64,000 nt of DNA from Azolla caroliniana (Eukaryota > Plantae > Polypodiophyta): contig JBHGNT010000016.1 in the NCBI GenBank assembly GCA_043228905.1, positions 5,022,001 through 5,086,000 of the forward strand. The letters are read 5' to 3'. Below the pieces are notes generated by a model, which was not told the DNA's origin, made no database searches, and was given only the letters and a program-made list of their open reading frames with translations. The translations under genes were made by a program, and so were the position numbers. The number at the start of each line of letters is the position of its first letter. Position 1 is the first letter of the stretch. This document shows positions 13,265 through 26,276 of this stretch, in pieces.

Positions 13265-14460
13265 GTACTGTTAATTGTAAGGCTGTAGGCATAAGTGCGG
13301 ATATTAGTGCACTTCCTACGGAGTTCGGTTGTAGTTGTCTCCCTTCTACTCTACTAGGATACGAGGGAGTATCCCATTACGATTTACGGTACGACGGTTG
13401 TATAGGGCAGAAATCCTCTGCAAGAGGTAGCGTGTAATTATGGAGTATAGAGCGTTTTTCTAATAGAACACTATGTTCCCTGATCTCTGTGCATATCTGT
13501 GGTTTTCTCTATTGCATTCTTTGTTTCTCTATTGTGTACTGTTAATTGTAAGGCTGTAGGCGTAAGTGTGGATATTAGTGCACTTCCTACGGAGTTCAGT
13601 TGTAGTTGTCTCCCTTCTACGCTACTAGGATACGAGGGAGTATCCCATTATGATTTACGGTACGACGGTTCTATAGGGCAGAAATCCTCTGCAAGAGGTA
13701 GCGTGTAATTATGGAGTATAGAGCGTTTTTCTAATAGAACACTATGTTCCCTGATCTCTGTGCATATCTGTGGTTTTCTCTATTGCGTTCTTCGTTTCTC
13801 TGTTGCATACTGTTAATTGTAAGGCTGTAGGCGTAAGTGTGGATATTAGTGCACTTCCTAAGGAGTTCGGTTGTAGTTGTCTCCCTTCTACGCTACTAGG
13901 ATACGAGGGAGTATCCCATTACGATTTACGGTACGACAGTTCTATAGGGCAGAAATCCTCTGCAAGAGGTAGCGTGTAATTATGGAGTATAGAGCGTTTT
14001 TCTAATAGAACACTATGTTCCCTGATCTCTGTGCATATCTGTGGTTTTCTCTATTGCGTTCTTCGTTTCTCTGTTGCATACTGTTAATTGTAAGGCTGTA
14101 GGCGTAAGTGTGGATATTAGTGCACTTCCTAAGGAGTTTGGTTGTAGTTGTCTCCCTTCTACGCTAGTAGGATACGAGGGAGTATCCCATTACGATTTAC
14201 GGTATGACGGTTCTATAGGGCAGAAATCCTCTGTAAGAGGTAGCGTGTAATTATGGAGTATAGAGCATTTTTCTAATAGAACACTATCTTCCCTGATCTC
14301 TGTGCATATCTGTGGTTTTCTCTATTGCGTTCTTTGTTTCTTTGTTGCGTACTGTTAATTGTAAGGCTATAGGCGTAAGTGCGGATATTAGTGCACTTCC
14401 TTCTACGCTACTAGGATACGAGGGAGTATCCCATTACAATTTACGGTACAACGGTTCTAT
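13265..14460 (+). repeat. 271-bp tandem repeat (~4.4 copies) derived from the Gypsy #1 LTR
   Basis: Repeated ORF starts at 13499, 13770, 14041 and 14312 (spacing 271); a single copy lies in the 3' LTR at ~37116-37385. Confidence 0.92.
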
Positions 14461-14799
14461 TCCCTGTAACACGGTCACCTTGAGGTCTACGTCGAAGAAC
14501 TGAGCGTAGACTGTGTTACTAATCGGTAATACTTTTGGCATGCTTGGTGATTTGTGATTTCTCGTAGACAAACAACAAGGGATGGGTGTCTAGCCGTAAA
14601 TGACCTAGAGAACCGACCAGACAAGTCCGACCACTCACGAGGTCTATCACACGCCAAATAGAGGAGCGCGCAAGTCGAAAACATCGCCTCAGTGATATCT
14701 GTCCGGACCACAAAGTCGACTCCACGCTCACCCAACACCACAACGTCAAGCAGGAAGTTCTGTCACCATACGAGTATCCTGATCTTTCCTTGCCCACCA

Positions 14800-17700
14800 T
14801 TGCATTTGGAATGGCCTTCTCCGACCCACACTTTAATGGCGAAACAGACATTGCAAGCCACATTTGGCTATTCCCAAATGTTTGGAACGCGAATCACATG
14901 GCGCAGCGATTTCCAGAAGAGGAAGCGCACCAGTAAAAAATGACAGAGTTTGGTTTAACTCTTAATGGTAGAGCTGTGTTTTGGCATTCATAGATGGATC
15001 TACCAGCAATCCACACCTTTGACCAGTTGCAGTCAGCATTTCTGCGATTTTTTCATTGGAGGGTACCTCAACGCGAAATCATCGACAATTCTACAGAATC
15101 AAGCAGCTGCCAGCAAAATCGGTCACGGACTTTAGCTTACGCTTCCAAAATCTACGACGAAAATTAGAACGGGCCCCAACAGATGACAAGGCTAGGGAGA
15201 CATTTTTGGCAGTCCTGCGGCGGCCTATTAGGATGATGCTCAACACACGTAGTGTGAAAGGGGAAACAACCGACATGGTCATCGAGCGAGCATTACAACT
15301 TGAGTTGGACGAAGAGGAGGAAGGATTTTCTTTGTCCTCATTACGACAAGTGTTGCCTCAAGATGAGGAACACCACTTTCGTTAGGCTATTCAGTGCACG
15401 ATTTGCCTCAAGGCACATACGATCGAGCAATGTGAGTACAATATGCTGAACAGACTTACGCCCACAGTACGACACATAGAACCACAATGACCACCTCGCC
15501 GAATTGACCAAAGGTGCCAAGAGAAACGACCCCGATATACGGATCGAAATCCATGTGATGACCGGTACTACCGTAATCACCGGAATAACAACGATTTCGA
15601 TGAAGAGGAGCCGGAGGAAGAAGAATATCGGGGCAACCACCGGTATAATAAAGGAGGGCGTCATTACGACAACCACCGTTTGACGAATAAGTGTGGTGGA
15701 TTCAATGGGCCATGTGCACAAGGAAAGCATCGATAATATAGGGACCAACGGTGTTATGACGAAAGTTTGGAGGATGACCGACGCCAGGAGTCACGTAGGG
15801 ACCAACCGTAAACACCCCGGAATTCGAGGAGAATGCAACAAGACCAAAAGGAGCCAACGACACTTGGGGATAGGAATCTGCCACCAACTACAAAGAAAGG
15901 AGAGTCCAACGTATATTGTTTTGTCTGCCAACAACCCGGACATTACACAACTGAATTTCCACTGCGCAAGGGCAAAGGAGCAGCCGTAAACATGATTACG
16001 ACAGAAGTTCAGTAGGTCACGACATGACAACAAACAAAGAATGCGGATTGGGCTGCACAAGATGAGGTACGCAAAGCAATCCAAGCATGGGTAGATAAAG
16101 CAAATGTGGCCAATACGACGCGTATGCGGCAGGAGTTCGCAAACAAGGATGGGTAGATAGAAGAAAACATAATATCCCCGGACCCCATATGGCAAGCACT
16201 GGCGGGCTGCGAAATAACCATAACTATGGAAAAACTCCTTGAACTAGTTCCACGATTTCGGCAAACCGTTGAAGATTGCATAACAGGCATGCCTGGTATA
16301 AACGTCTTAGCAAATTTTGACGAAACTAGCGTTGGACCAACGGTGATGGATCACCACAATCCAGCCATTAAGCTAGTACTACACGGGAAGGAAATAACAT
16401 GTTGCATAATTGATAAGGGCTCGGGCGTTAATGTGATTAGTGCAAAGACGTGTGAACAGTTAGGAATTTCGGAATGGGAAGCTTATCCCTTTTGGCTTCG
16501 CATGGCAGATACCCGATCTCTCAAACCCTTAGGGTTAATTCGGAAACTGTGCATTGTCATTGGTGGTCACCACTTTGACATCTTGGCGGTAGTACTCGCA
16601 CTCGACTCTCCAGGAGTGTACCCAATACTACTTGGCAGACCTCGGCTTCGTTCGGCGAACATCAAACAGAGCTAGCAACATAATTGTATCAGCTTCCGAC
16701 GCGGACGCAACAAAGTTCGCGTACCCACAAACGAAATGACAGTGCAATGCAAAGGAATGAGACCATTATACGCGGAAGACATAAATATGCTGGAAGGAGT
16801 AGATGATATAGAGCTGGAAGCGTACTTGGATGAGCACCCGCGAGTCATCCCGCTATTCGAAATTGACGTAATAGAAACCGCGGTGGAATACGCTACTCCC
16901 ACTACACTTCACGAAGAGGCTTATGAACCGGACCCAGAGTCGATACTAGAATTAAACCAAGCACGGGCCGCGTTTGACAAAGAAATGGAAATTTCACGAC
17001 AAGTCACTGCCTCAGCATTGGAAGAAGTTAACGTAGGAACGACAATGGATCCCCGATTACTCTCCATTGCAAAAGACCACCGGATCAGAAAAAGGCGATG
17101 TTAGCTCTGCTCAAGGAATATAAAGATGTGTTCGCGTGGTCCCATGAAGGCATGAAGGGATTAGATCCAAAATTCAACCAGCATAAGATCAATTTAGCTA
17201 CCGACACGAAACTTGTTCAGCAGCATCGATACCGAATGAATCCGAACTACGCTGCTCGTGTAAAAGAAGAAATTGACATACTTCTCAAAGTTGGATTCAT
17301 TCGACTAGTCAAGCAAGCTACATGGCTGAGCCTGATAGTCGTAGTTCTAAAGAAAAATGGAAAAATCCGCGTTTGCGTAGACTATCGGAAGTTGAATGTC
17401 GTAACTATTACAGATGCGTTTCCCTTACCTTTCACCGATAGCATATTGGACGCAGTTGCAGGGCATGACATGTACAACTTTCTAGACGGCTTTAGTGGAT
17501 ACAATCAAGTACGCATGCATCCTGACGACCAAGAGAAGATGGCATTTGTCACCGATTGGGGAGTTTATGTCGTGGTAGTCAATGTTCGGGTTTAGGGATT
17601 ACATACCCGCCTTCATCCAAGTCTTTCTGGACGATTTCGCGGTGTATGGAACAACAACCGACCATCTGAGTCATTTACGACTATGTCTGGAGCACAGCCA

Positions 17701-19818
17701 AGTTGCACGCTTAAGCCTGAATCCAGCCAAATGCGCGTTCGACGTCACAAGAGGAGCCCTCCTTGGCCACATCGTCAGCAAGGAGGGGATAGCAATGGAT
17801 CCTAATAAAATTTCCGCGATCATTCAAGCAAAAAGACTGTCAACGGCCAAAGCACTCAGTCGTTTTCTAGGACAAATATATTGGCATAGTCAGATGTTAC
17901 GATATCTAGTGGATTTCGCCACGCCATTACATGCCATCGTCCACCGTACACCTTTCAACTGAACAACAACTAAAGAAAAGGCGTACAATGTGCTTAAAAT
18001 AATGCTGACTCAAGCACCAATCGTACAACCACTAGATTGGGGGGAACCATTTCACGTTTTTGTAGAAGCCTCAGACATAGCAATAGGTAGTGCATTGATG
18101 CAATTCAACGAGCCAACTTGGTACAAACCAATATATTACGCCAGTAGGAAGCTATCAAAGGCGGAGCGTAACTACTCCACAACGGAATGAGAAGCGTTGG
18201 GGATGATATACAACATCAATAAATTCCGACATTATCTGTTGGGGCGAAAATTTACGTTTCACGTGGACCACACGACACTGCTATACCTGGTGGGGAAGCA
18301 GGCGCTAACAAGAAAATTGGCTAGATGAATGTTGTTGCTCCAGGAGTTCGATTTTGTTATACAGCATTGATTGGGTACGCAACACGATGTAGCGGATTTC
18401 TTAAGCAGGATAGATAATGGAGCAACGGTGTGGAAGGACGATGACGCCTTTCTTGATGTAGACATCCTGCGGATTGCAACTATAGCGACATGTACGGAAA
18501 AAACATTTCCCGATCATTGGTGGATGGAGATGACATTCTTTCTGACCACATGATTACCACCACCGCAATTAAGGACGGATGATTGGCCATCCGAAGTCGT
18601 AACTTTTGTTTGGTTGAAGGGGTCCTGCATCACAAAGGCAGAGACGGGATCTAGCGATGCGGAATATGCTAGGATGACAAGGCAATGGTCTTACGTGAAG
18701 CTCACTGTGGTACGACAGGAGGACACTACGCGAGCGGTGTTACAACTCGTAAAGTTTGGCAAGCCGGCCTATGGTGGCCAACTACGCAAAAGGATGTGTA
18801 TGAATATTGCAAACAATGCGATCTGTGTTAATGAATGGGCCAGCCCACGGAGGTCGCAATGATGCCACATCAACCAGTGTTGCCGTTGGATCCATTCCAG
18901 AAATGGGGGCTCGATTTCGTGGGGCCGTTTACACCGGTGACAACTTGGACTGGCAATAAACATATACTCGTGGCTACTGATTATTGCACCAAGTGTGTGG
19001 AAGCGAAAGCACTACGAGAAAATACCGTGACAGTGACGACAAAATTTCTTTACAAACACATCTAGTGTCGTTTTGGCTACCCTATCGAGCTCATCAGTGA
19101 CCAAGGAAGCCACTTTCTGAATTCGGTCAACCGAGAGCTGACACAACACTATGCCGTGGTCCACAAGAAAAGCACGTCGTATTATCCACATGCGAATGGT
19201 TTAGCGGAGTCGACGAACAAAATGTTACAAACCATACTAAAAAAGATCGTCAATGAAAACATAACAAATTGGGATACCAAATTACATAGCGCGTTATGGG
19301 CGTACCGAACCAGCTATAAGACTAGCATACAATCCACGCCTTTCTGGCTAGCATTTGGGCTAGAGGCCGTAATGCCAATCGAATTTCAGGTACCTAGTCC
19401 ACGGATTCAGGTACGAGAACGGCTATCAGAAGACAAGTCTGAACAAATATGGTTACAATAGTTGCTTGAACTAGGCGAGACACGCGTACGAAGCATGACC
19501 ATACTGGAACAAGAGCAACGTCGGCGTAAAGCATTCATGGACCGGCATCGGAATGCACGTGAAAAATATTTTGTGGTCAGCAAAGCAGTCTTAGTCTTTC
19601 AAACACGGATGGGGCAAATGCCAGGTAAATTAAAATTCCGCTGGACGGGGCCGTACTGGATAGTTGGTGCAGAAAACGACACGTTTAAACTAGGCACTTT
19701 GGCCGGAGACGTGTTACGCCAAAAGGTGAATGGGTTTCGACTAAAACCCTACCTAGGACTAGTGCCACCGAACCCGTTCCACGCCGTAAACGACACGGCC
19801 GAAGAATCCGCGGATTAA
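14800..19818 (+). pseudogene. Gypsy gag-pol fragments
   Basis: Knuckle CFVCQQPGH (15833-16015), protease IIDKGSGVN (16226-16675), RT CVDYRKLN/FLDD (17098-17962), RNase H (17990-18550), integrase WGLDFVGP and WTGPY (18835-19818); many stops. Confidence 0.92.
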
Positions 19819-21415
19819 TGAAAGGCACCCACCTGTATTATAGTGTAATAGTAATATTGTATGTAACATTAAAAAAAGAAAAGAAAGAGAAGATAGTGAC
19901 GCTATTAAAAGGACTTGATGCATGCACAAACTTCTAGACCAAGAGGACGCGGCAAAGAACGGAGCCCATCGCGAGACCGGAAGGTGATACCGCCGAACAG
20001 GAGGAACCTCAGCTCAATTCACCGGAGAGGACAACTACGGCCGGCAAGACTGAGGAAGTTACAGACAGGACAGTGCCTCAGCCTACCGAGAGCCTGTAGA
20101 TGGAAGAGCCAGCCATAGTAGAATGGAAAGAGCCAGAACAGCCGGGTCCGCCCACACCAGGAGAAGTTGACGCCATGGAAAACCCCACCGATTAAGTACA
20201 AGACATGCAACCTTGCAACGACGCGCCTATGAGCATTGGGTCGAAGCATGCTACGGTGTACCAACTTTTGGCCAAAAATTTAGTACTAAATCGAGGAAGA
20301 AAATAAACATTAAAAATTGAAAATAAAACAATTATCATCTATTGAATGGTGTTCAATTTCAAATAACAAATTCATTACGTCACACTCGAATGTACAAAGA
20401 TAATATACGTCACACTCGAAATGTCCCAAGGCCGTATTTAATACATTAATTGTAACTTCATTCTCCTAGGTAGAGTTGTACGAAAGCACACCTAGAGAAG
20501 GTTTGGAATGTGATAGTTGGCCAGTCTCTGTCTCTGTCTGTCTCTGTCTATGTCTCTGTCTCTCTCTATCTGTCTCTCTCTTCTGTCTTGAAGTTGTCAA
20601 ACAGACAGAGGCAGAAAGTTAGAAAGACGACACATATCTATTACCTATCTCGCTCTCACTCCACCTTTGAATCTCTGTTTCTTTCTTTCTTTCTATTTCT
20701 CTCTCTCACTCCACCTTCGATTCTTTGTTCCCCGCGTAGTAGTTGTTGTGTTCCCCTCTGTGCCAGGTTCGATCTCTGTCTCTATATATGCAGAGATTTC
20801 TGTTTCCCCGGATTGATGTTCTTGTTGATTTTCTTTCCTTGTGTATGCTCGTTTGTCTCCTCTGCAGCAGCCTCGTCAACAACCTCTTGCATATAGGGGA
20901 TTTTGAAGGCTTGGTGTGCTCCGAAGGTGTGGTACCTCTGCCTTCAACCTTGGCTCCATTTGCCTCCAACCGGTATGTTATCGTTTTCTCTTTGTTTCCT
21001 GTCCGTCTGTTTTTAATTTGTATGTGTATGGGCATTTTTAGGTTTTGATTATTCATAGTCTATGTGTTGCATGCCCAACTAGTATGTTTTCATTTTCTCT
21101 GTGTTTGTTTTTAATTTGTATGTGTTTGACATGGATGAGTTTTCTTCCGACTGTTTAGGGTGGTTGTGTGTTTGTCATGGTTTGTACATGCAACTTAGAT
21201 GGAGTTGGCTATGATGAGTTGCTATGTTTTCGTTTTGTTGGTATGTTTTCGTTTTCTCTGTGTTTCCTATCTGTCTGTTTTTAATTTGTATGTGTTAGAC
21301 ATGGATGAGTTTTCTTCCGACTATTTAGGGTTTTTGTGTGTTTGACATGGCTTGTACATGCACCGTGATTACTTGCTATGTGTTGATGGTAATTTGATGA
21401 GTTTTATTCTAGTAC

Positions 21416-22748
21416 ATGCATATTCATTCAACGAGAATAGTGATGACTAGGACAATGACGAGAAGGACACCCATAAAGAAGACATTGATGAAAGAGAAAG
21501 TGAAGACACCAGTGAAGGAAGGGAAAAGGAAACCTCTCAAAGAAAGCAAGAAGACACCCAGAAGAGAAAGGGTGATGAATTCATCAACACAGAGAAAGAA
21601 GATGTACCACTCCATCATTCGAGAAACACCTCTCGGATGGAGTTATTTCCTTCGAGCACGACCTGAAGTTTATCCTGAGCTGAGAGAGTGGTTAATAAAA
21701 ACCTGGGGGTCATCACATCCCGATACAAGGCGAGGATTCCACATAAGTGGATTGAAGAGGGAATATGTCAACTTATTGAAGACGAGATATGAACATGTTT
21801 ATGATACAAATCAAATCTGTAACAATGAGGTGGATACTATTTTTGCACGTGCATTTGCATGTGAAGTTCAGGGTGGCATCGACGTAGATTGGGAAGATTT
21901 TAATCGGCACCGGTCAGAACATTATAAAGGGTCCTCCAGTACCAACACTGGCTTGAAGTCATCGGGAACCTCTCATGTGGATATTCCGGCTACAACACCT
22001 GTCCACCAAGTTCAATCTGCAAAGGTACGGGCCACAATGACTGAAAAGAATGAGCAGATGATGGCCAGTTGCATAGCATCTATGAGCTCAAGAATACAAG
22101 CACTACTTGCTGATTTGGAAGCAATTAAATCAACTGAGATACAGGCAGAAAAGAAATTCTCTTCATTAAAGACTACATATGAATGGATTGCATCGACAAT
22201 CCAAAATTCAGAAAGTGAGGTGTTGAAAGAGGAGTTGAAGAAAGAGCTAAACAATATGGGCACTCAATTAGGTTCATAGATGAGAGACCTTGATACTTGC
22301 AGGAATGCACATTCCGAAATAGATAATAAGTTGTCAGCTTTAAAGTTGCATTCTGAGAACCTTGTGTGCTTGATGCAGGATTTAAAACAAAAAGGTTTTG
22401 AAACTTTGTGTCCATCTGTAATTGAGCACCCAAGTGGTATGGAAAGTACCATTACTAGTATAGCTATATCACGGTATTGGCTTTAAAAGTTATTTATTTC
22501 TACTTTTGTGGTATAAATATCATATTAGCTAATATATTATAACTTGTGTTTGCAATCTGCCAGGTGTATATTTTGTGGCCTCGGATTCAAGCTGGAGCCT
22601 ATGGATGTTGTGATTACACCGTGCTTGCACACATATCATTTGCTATGTGCTAAGTATCATTTTGAGAAAGAGAATACATGTATGGACTGTAAAACTACAA
22701 TTGCGGCTGAGTGGTACTATGCTTGGGGTTTAAAAGTACACCCGTATG
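21416..22748 (+). pseudogene. transposon cargo gene: charged N-terminus, coiled-coil and RING-H2 finger
   Basis: ORFs 21416-22279 and 22280-22486 are separated by one in-frame TAG. A GT..AG intron at ~22474-22563 leads to CIFC...CLHTYHLLC...CMDC. Confidence 0.7.
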
Positions 22749-22799
22749 GTATGTGGCTCTACTATTCTATTGTTTGTATAATATGATGTCAATTTACAT

Positions 22800-23610
22800 T
22801 TGGATTAGAACTAGTGTACGCCACAATTCATACTTCATATTTAGGAGAACAATGGATTAGTATTAGTGTATCTCTAACAACTAATATGTGGAACCCTAAT
22901 TATGTGGGTTAGTATTGGCAGTACTCTTAATATATAATTGGTATGTGTAGTTGAAGGGATATTTTCCAGAATTAGTACTAAAAGGAACCAGGTACAACAT
23001 TGTCCAATCTATATTGCAACTTGCCTAGTACTAGTTTAGTAGACACTATACTTGTACACTGCTGACTGTTAGTATTGTTTGTGTAACTTGGGAATTAGTA
23101 CTAATTATGTAATTTGGGAACAAGGTGTATAGTAAATTGCTGAATATTAGTACAGTTTGTGTAATTTGGAAATGAGGTGTGTCAAACACATATCACGTTT
23201 AGTACTAATACTGCTCAAGATTAATATTGTTGGTGTAATTAGTACAAGTTATGTAATTAGGTGTGTAGAACACATATCGCGTTTAGTATTACTTGTGTGC
23301 AAAATACCACGTTAATACTAAAATCCAATCTACATTTGTTGGATTAGATGTTAGTCCAATCTATATTACAATGTGCCTAGTACTAGTGTTAGTACACACT
23401 ATACTTGTACATTGTTGACGATTAGTACTTAGCGAGTAGTACATTGTTCATGATTAGTACTAGTTTTGTAAACTGGGAACTAAGTGAGTAGTACATTGCT
23501 CATGATTAGTACTAGTTTTGTAATTTGGGAACTAAGTGAGTAGTACATTGTTCAGGATTAATACTCCTTGTGTAATTTGGGAACTAAGTGAGTAGTGCAT
23601 TGTGCATGAA
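22800..23610. repeat. AGTAC-rich degenerate minisatellite
   Basis: Repeated TTAGTACT and GGGAACTAAGTGAGTAGTACATTG units. Confidence 0.7.
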
Positions 23611-24098
23611 AGGGCAAGAAAGTTGTATGGAAAGGGCAAGAAAGGCAAAGTTGAATGCAATGGTGAGTCATATATGTTCTCACCTGTCCGGAGAGTTGTC
23701 AACCTAATGCATTGTCTAATACCATGTACTTGTGTTACTAGCTGATGACGAAATGATCTTTGGTGAGGGAGATACGAGTCCAAAACCTAATCGTGAAGAT
23801 GAATTTATCACACTCCTAGGTACACGTCAAAGCCAGTTTTTGAAAACAATGATTTAGATCATAACAACCCTATGATAGTGTTGCTTTTGGTGCATTCAAT
23901 AGATCACAACAACCTTGTTGAGCACTTAGATGTTGTGGAGAAGATAACCGACCCTACCACTTGCAATGGGGTATCTACGGTTGTACAGTATGACGTTCAT
24001 TGTTGTTGGTATGTTTGCAAACTTTTGAGTATGTGAGTTGATACTAATATTCTTTGGAATCCCATTATTTAGGTTTACAAGACCAGTCTGATTCCTAA

Positions 24099-24914
24099 TT
24101 GCAATCAAGTGAATCGGGAACTATATGGAGCACAAGTGCAGAGTCAGATTCTGGGATTAACCTTTGCACGGAGGCAGACTCTGGAAGCACATCTTCCACA
24201 CATGAGGACTGTGAGAAAAATGAAGCATTCATATTTGAAGAGCAGTTGGCATGTACAAACAATAATTTGTCTAAAGAAGCCCATGAGGAGTGTGGAAAGA
24301 ATATGGCAAGTACTGAAGAGAAGACTGATTGTACTGAGAATGTATCTATAGTGTCTAAAGAATCCCATGAGGATTGTGGAAAGAACATCGCTAGTACTGA
24401 AGAGGAGCCTGATTGTACTGAGAATGTGCTAGTAGTGTCTAAAGAATCCCATGAGGATTGTGGAAAGAACATCGTTACTAATGAAGGGGAGCCTACTAGC
24501 ATCACCCATGAGGACCAGGCAATAAAGACCACCCAAGAAGGGGAGCATGGTTCTCTTAAGAATGAGGAGATAGCCACCGTACAAGAGGAGTTGACCCAAG
24601 AAGGAGAGCACAGTGGTCTTAAGAATGAGGTGACTATGACCAGCCAAGAGTTCACTAGGAGTATTGCTGTAGCCCACATACATGAGCCTAATTGTACTGA
24701 GACTGAGCATACTAGCAACAACATGAGTACTAAAACAACCCACATTCAGGAGATGAGTGATAATTTTTCTATCGACAGTACCTTTGTGGATGTGTGTACA
24801 AGCATTGTAGTTGCAGAAAACACAGTTGCTCTCTCAAGCTTGCCACTAGTACAAGGTGCCCGTGCATCCACGCCTGTCTTTGATGCCTCTGATGATGAAG
24901 TGCCACTTAGTTAG
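24099..24914 (+). CDS. acidic, internally repetitive ORF within the DNA transposon (possible exon)
   Basis: 271 open codons with repeats of SKESHEDCGKNIASTEE..DCTENV and TQEGEH; function unknown. Confidence 0.4.
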   Translation: MQSSESGTIWSTSAESDSGINLCTEADSGSTSSTHEDCEKNEAFIFEEQLACTNNNLSKEAHEECGKNMASTEEKTDCTENVSIVSKESHEDCGKNIASTEEEPDCTENVLVVSKESHEDCGKNIVTNEGEPTSITHEDQAIKTTQEGEHGSLKNEEIATVQEELTQEGEHSGLKNEVTMTSQEFTRSIAVAHIHEPNCTETEHTSNNMSTKTTHIQEMSDNFSIDSTFVDVCTSIVVAENTVALSSLPLVQGARASTPVFDASDDEVPLS

Positions 24915-25534
24915 TTGATCCTAAAGGCTTTAAGATAAAGAAGAATGTAAAATCAGAAAAAACTGGCACCAACAACAAGCGCATTACAAGATCAGCCAAA
25001 TTGCCCTCTAGTGCCTGATTGTCTTTCGATTGTACTTGAACTTTAGTTGAACTGTTAGTGATGTGAGAAATTGAACTATTTGGTATACCAAAATACTGTC
25101 TCATTTATCTGAAATAGTTATACCAGTGTCTTTCGGTTGTCTTTCGATTGTACTTGAACTTTAGCCGAACTGTTAGTGATGTCTGAAATTGAACTATTTG
25201 GTATACCAAAATCCAGTAGTTATACCAGTGTGAAATTCTATATTGCCAATTGCAGAGAATGAAAATGTATTCTATTGTTAACTCTTGTAGTGTAATCTGA
25301 ATTTCTATATTGCTAATTCTGAAATGATCTTTGGTGAGGGAGGTACAAATTTATCACACTCCCAAGTACACTCCCATGCAGCCATGATTGTGTTGATTAC
25401 AAATAAAATTCTATATTGTTAACTGAGATGTTATATACAGTTCGTTATACCAGATGAAGATTTAGAAGATTGGTATATACTGTCATGCAACCGAACTTTA
25501 CATCAGATGTATGTATCCGTCTAACCGAGATACT

Positions 25535-25739
25535 TTGGGAGACCACTATGTATTACTTAATACTTGCAATTGACATTGGGAGACTGCTATGTATTACTTA
25601 ATACTTGCAATTGACATTGGGAGACTGCTATGTATTACTTAATTCTTGCAATTGACATTGGGAGACTGATATGTATTACTTAATACTTGCAATTGACATT
25701 GGGAGACTGCTATGTATTACTTAATACTTTCAATTGACA
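25535..25739. repeat. 41-bp tandem repeat x5
   Basis: Unit TTGGGAGACTGCTATGTATTACTTAATACTTGCAATTGACA at 25535, 25576, 25617 and onward. Confidence 0.9.
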
Positions 25740-26276
25740 TACTTGCAATTGACATTAGTACTAAACTAATATGTATATTGATACTTGCGTTAGTACTAAT
25801 ATGTATATTGATACTTCGAAGTATGGTCTCCTTGAGTGCACATGGTTAGAGTTGAATAATGACTTGAGTGCACATGGTTAGAGTTGAATAATGACTTGAG
25901 TGCACACAATAGAGACTTGATAGTTGAATAAGTTTGGGCCATATTTAGGCTACTAAGTATTCAAGACTTCACACCTTAAACCATAGAAACAAGCAACTCT
26001 ATAATTACTATAAACACTGACAATACAGAAGTATTGAAGACTTCACACCTTAAACCATGGAAACAAGCAACTCTTTAATTACCATAAACACTTACAATAC
26101 AAGCTCAATAAATAGTCTCAATACATCAAATATATCGATTCATAATACATAATAGAAGAAAGGAATTATATTGATTCATTTGTCAATCATCAAAATTAAT
26201 ATATCAATACATCAAATAGTGAACTACAAGTGGATGTTTTTCAGTTTTCTGGTACAATGTATTGATAGTGTGACTT

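Noticed and set aside
13499-14503. Four tandem small secreted-peptide-like ORFs (MVFSIAFFVSLL...)
   Set aside because: They are GTG-start artefacts of the 271-bp LTR-derived repeat.
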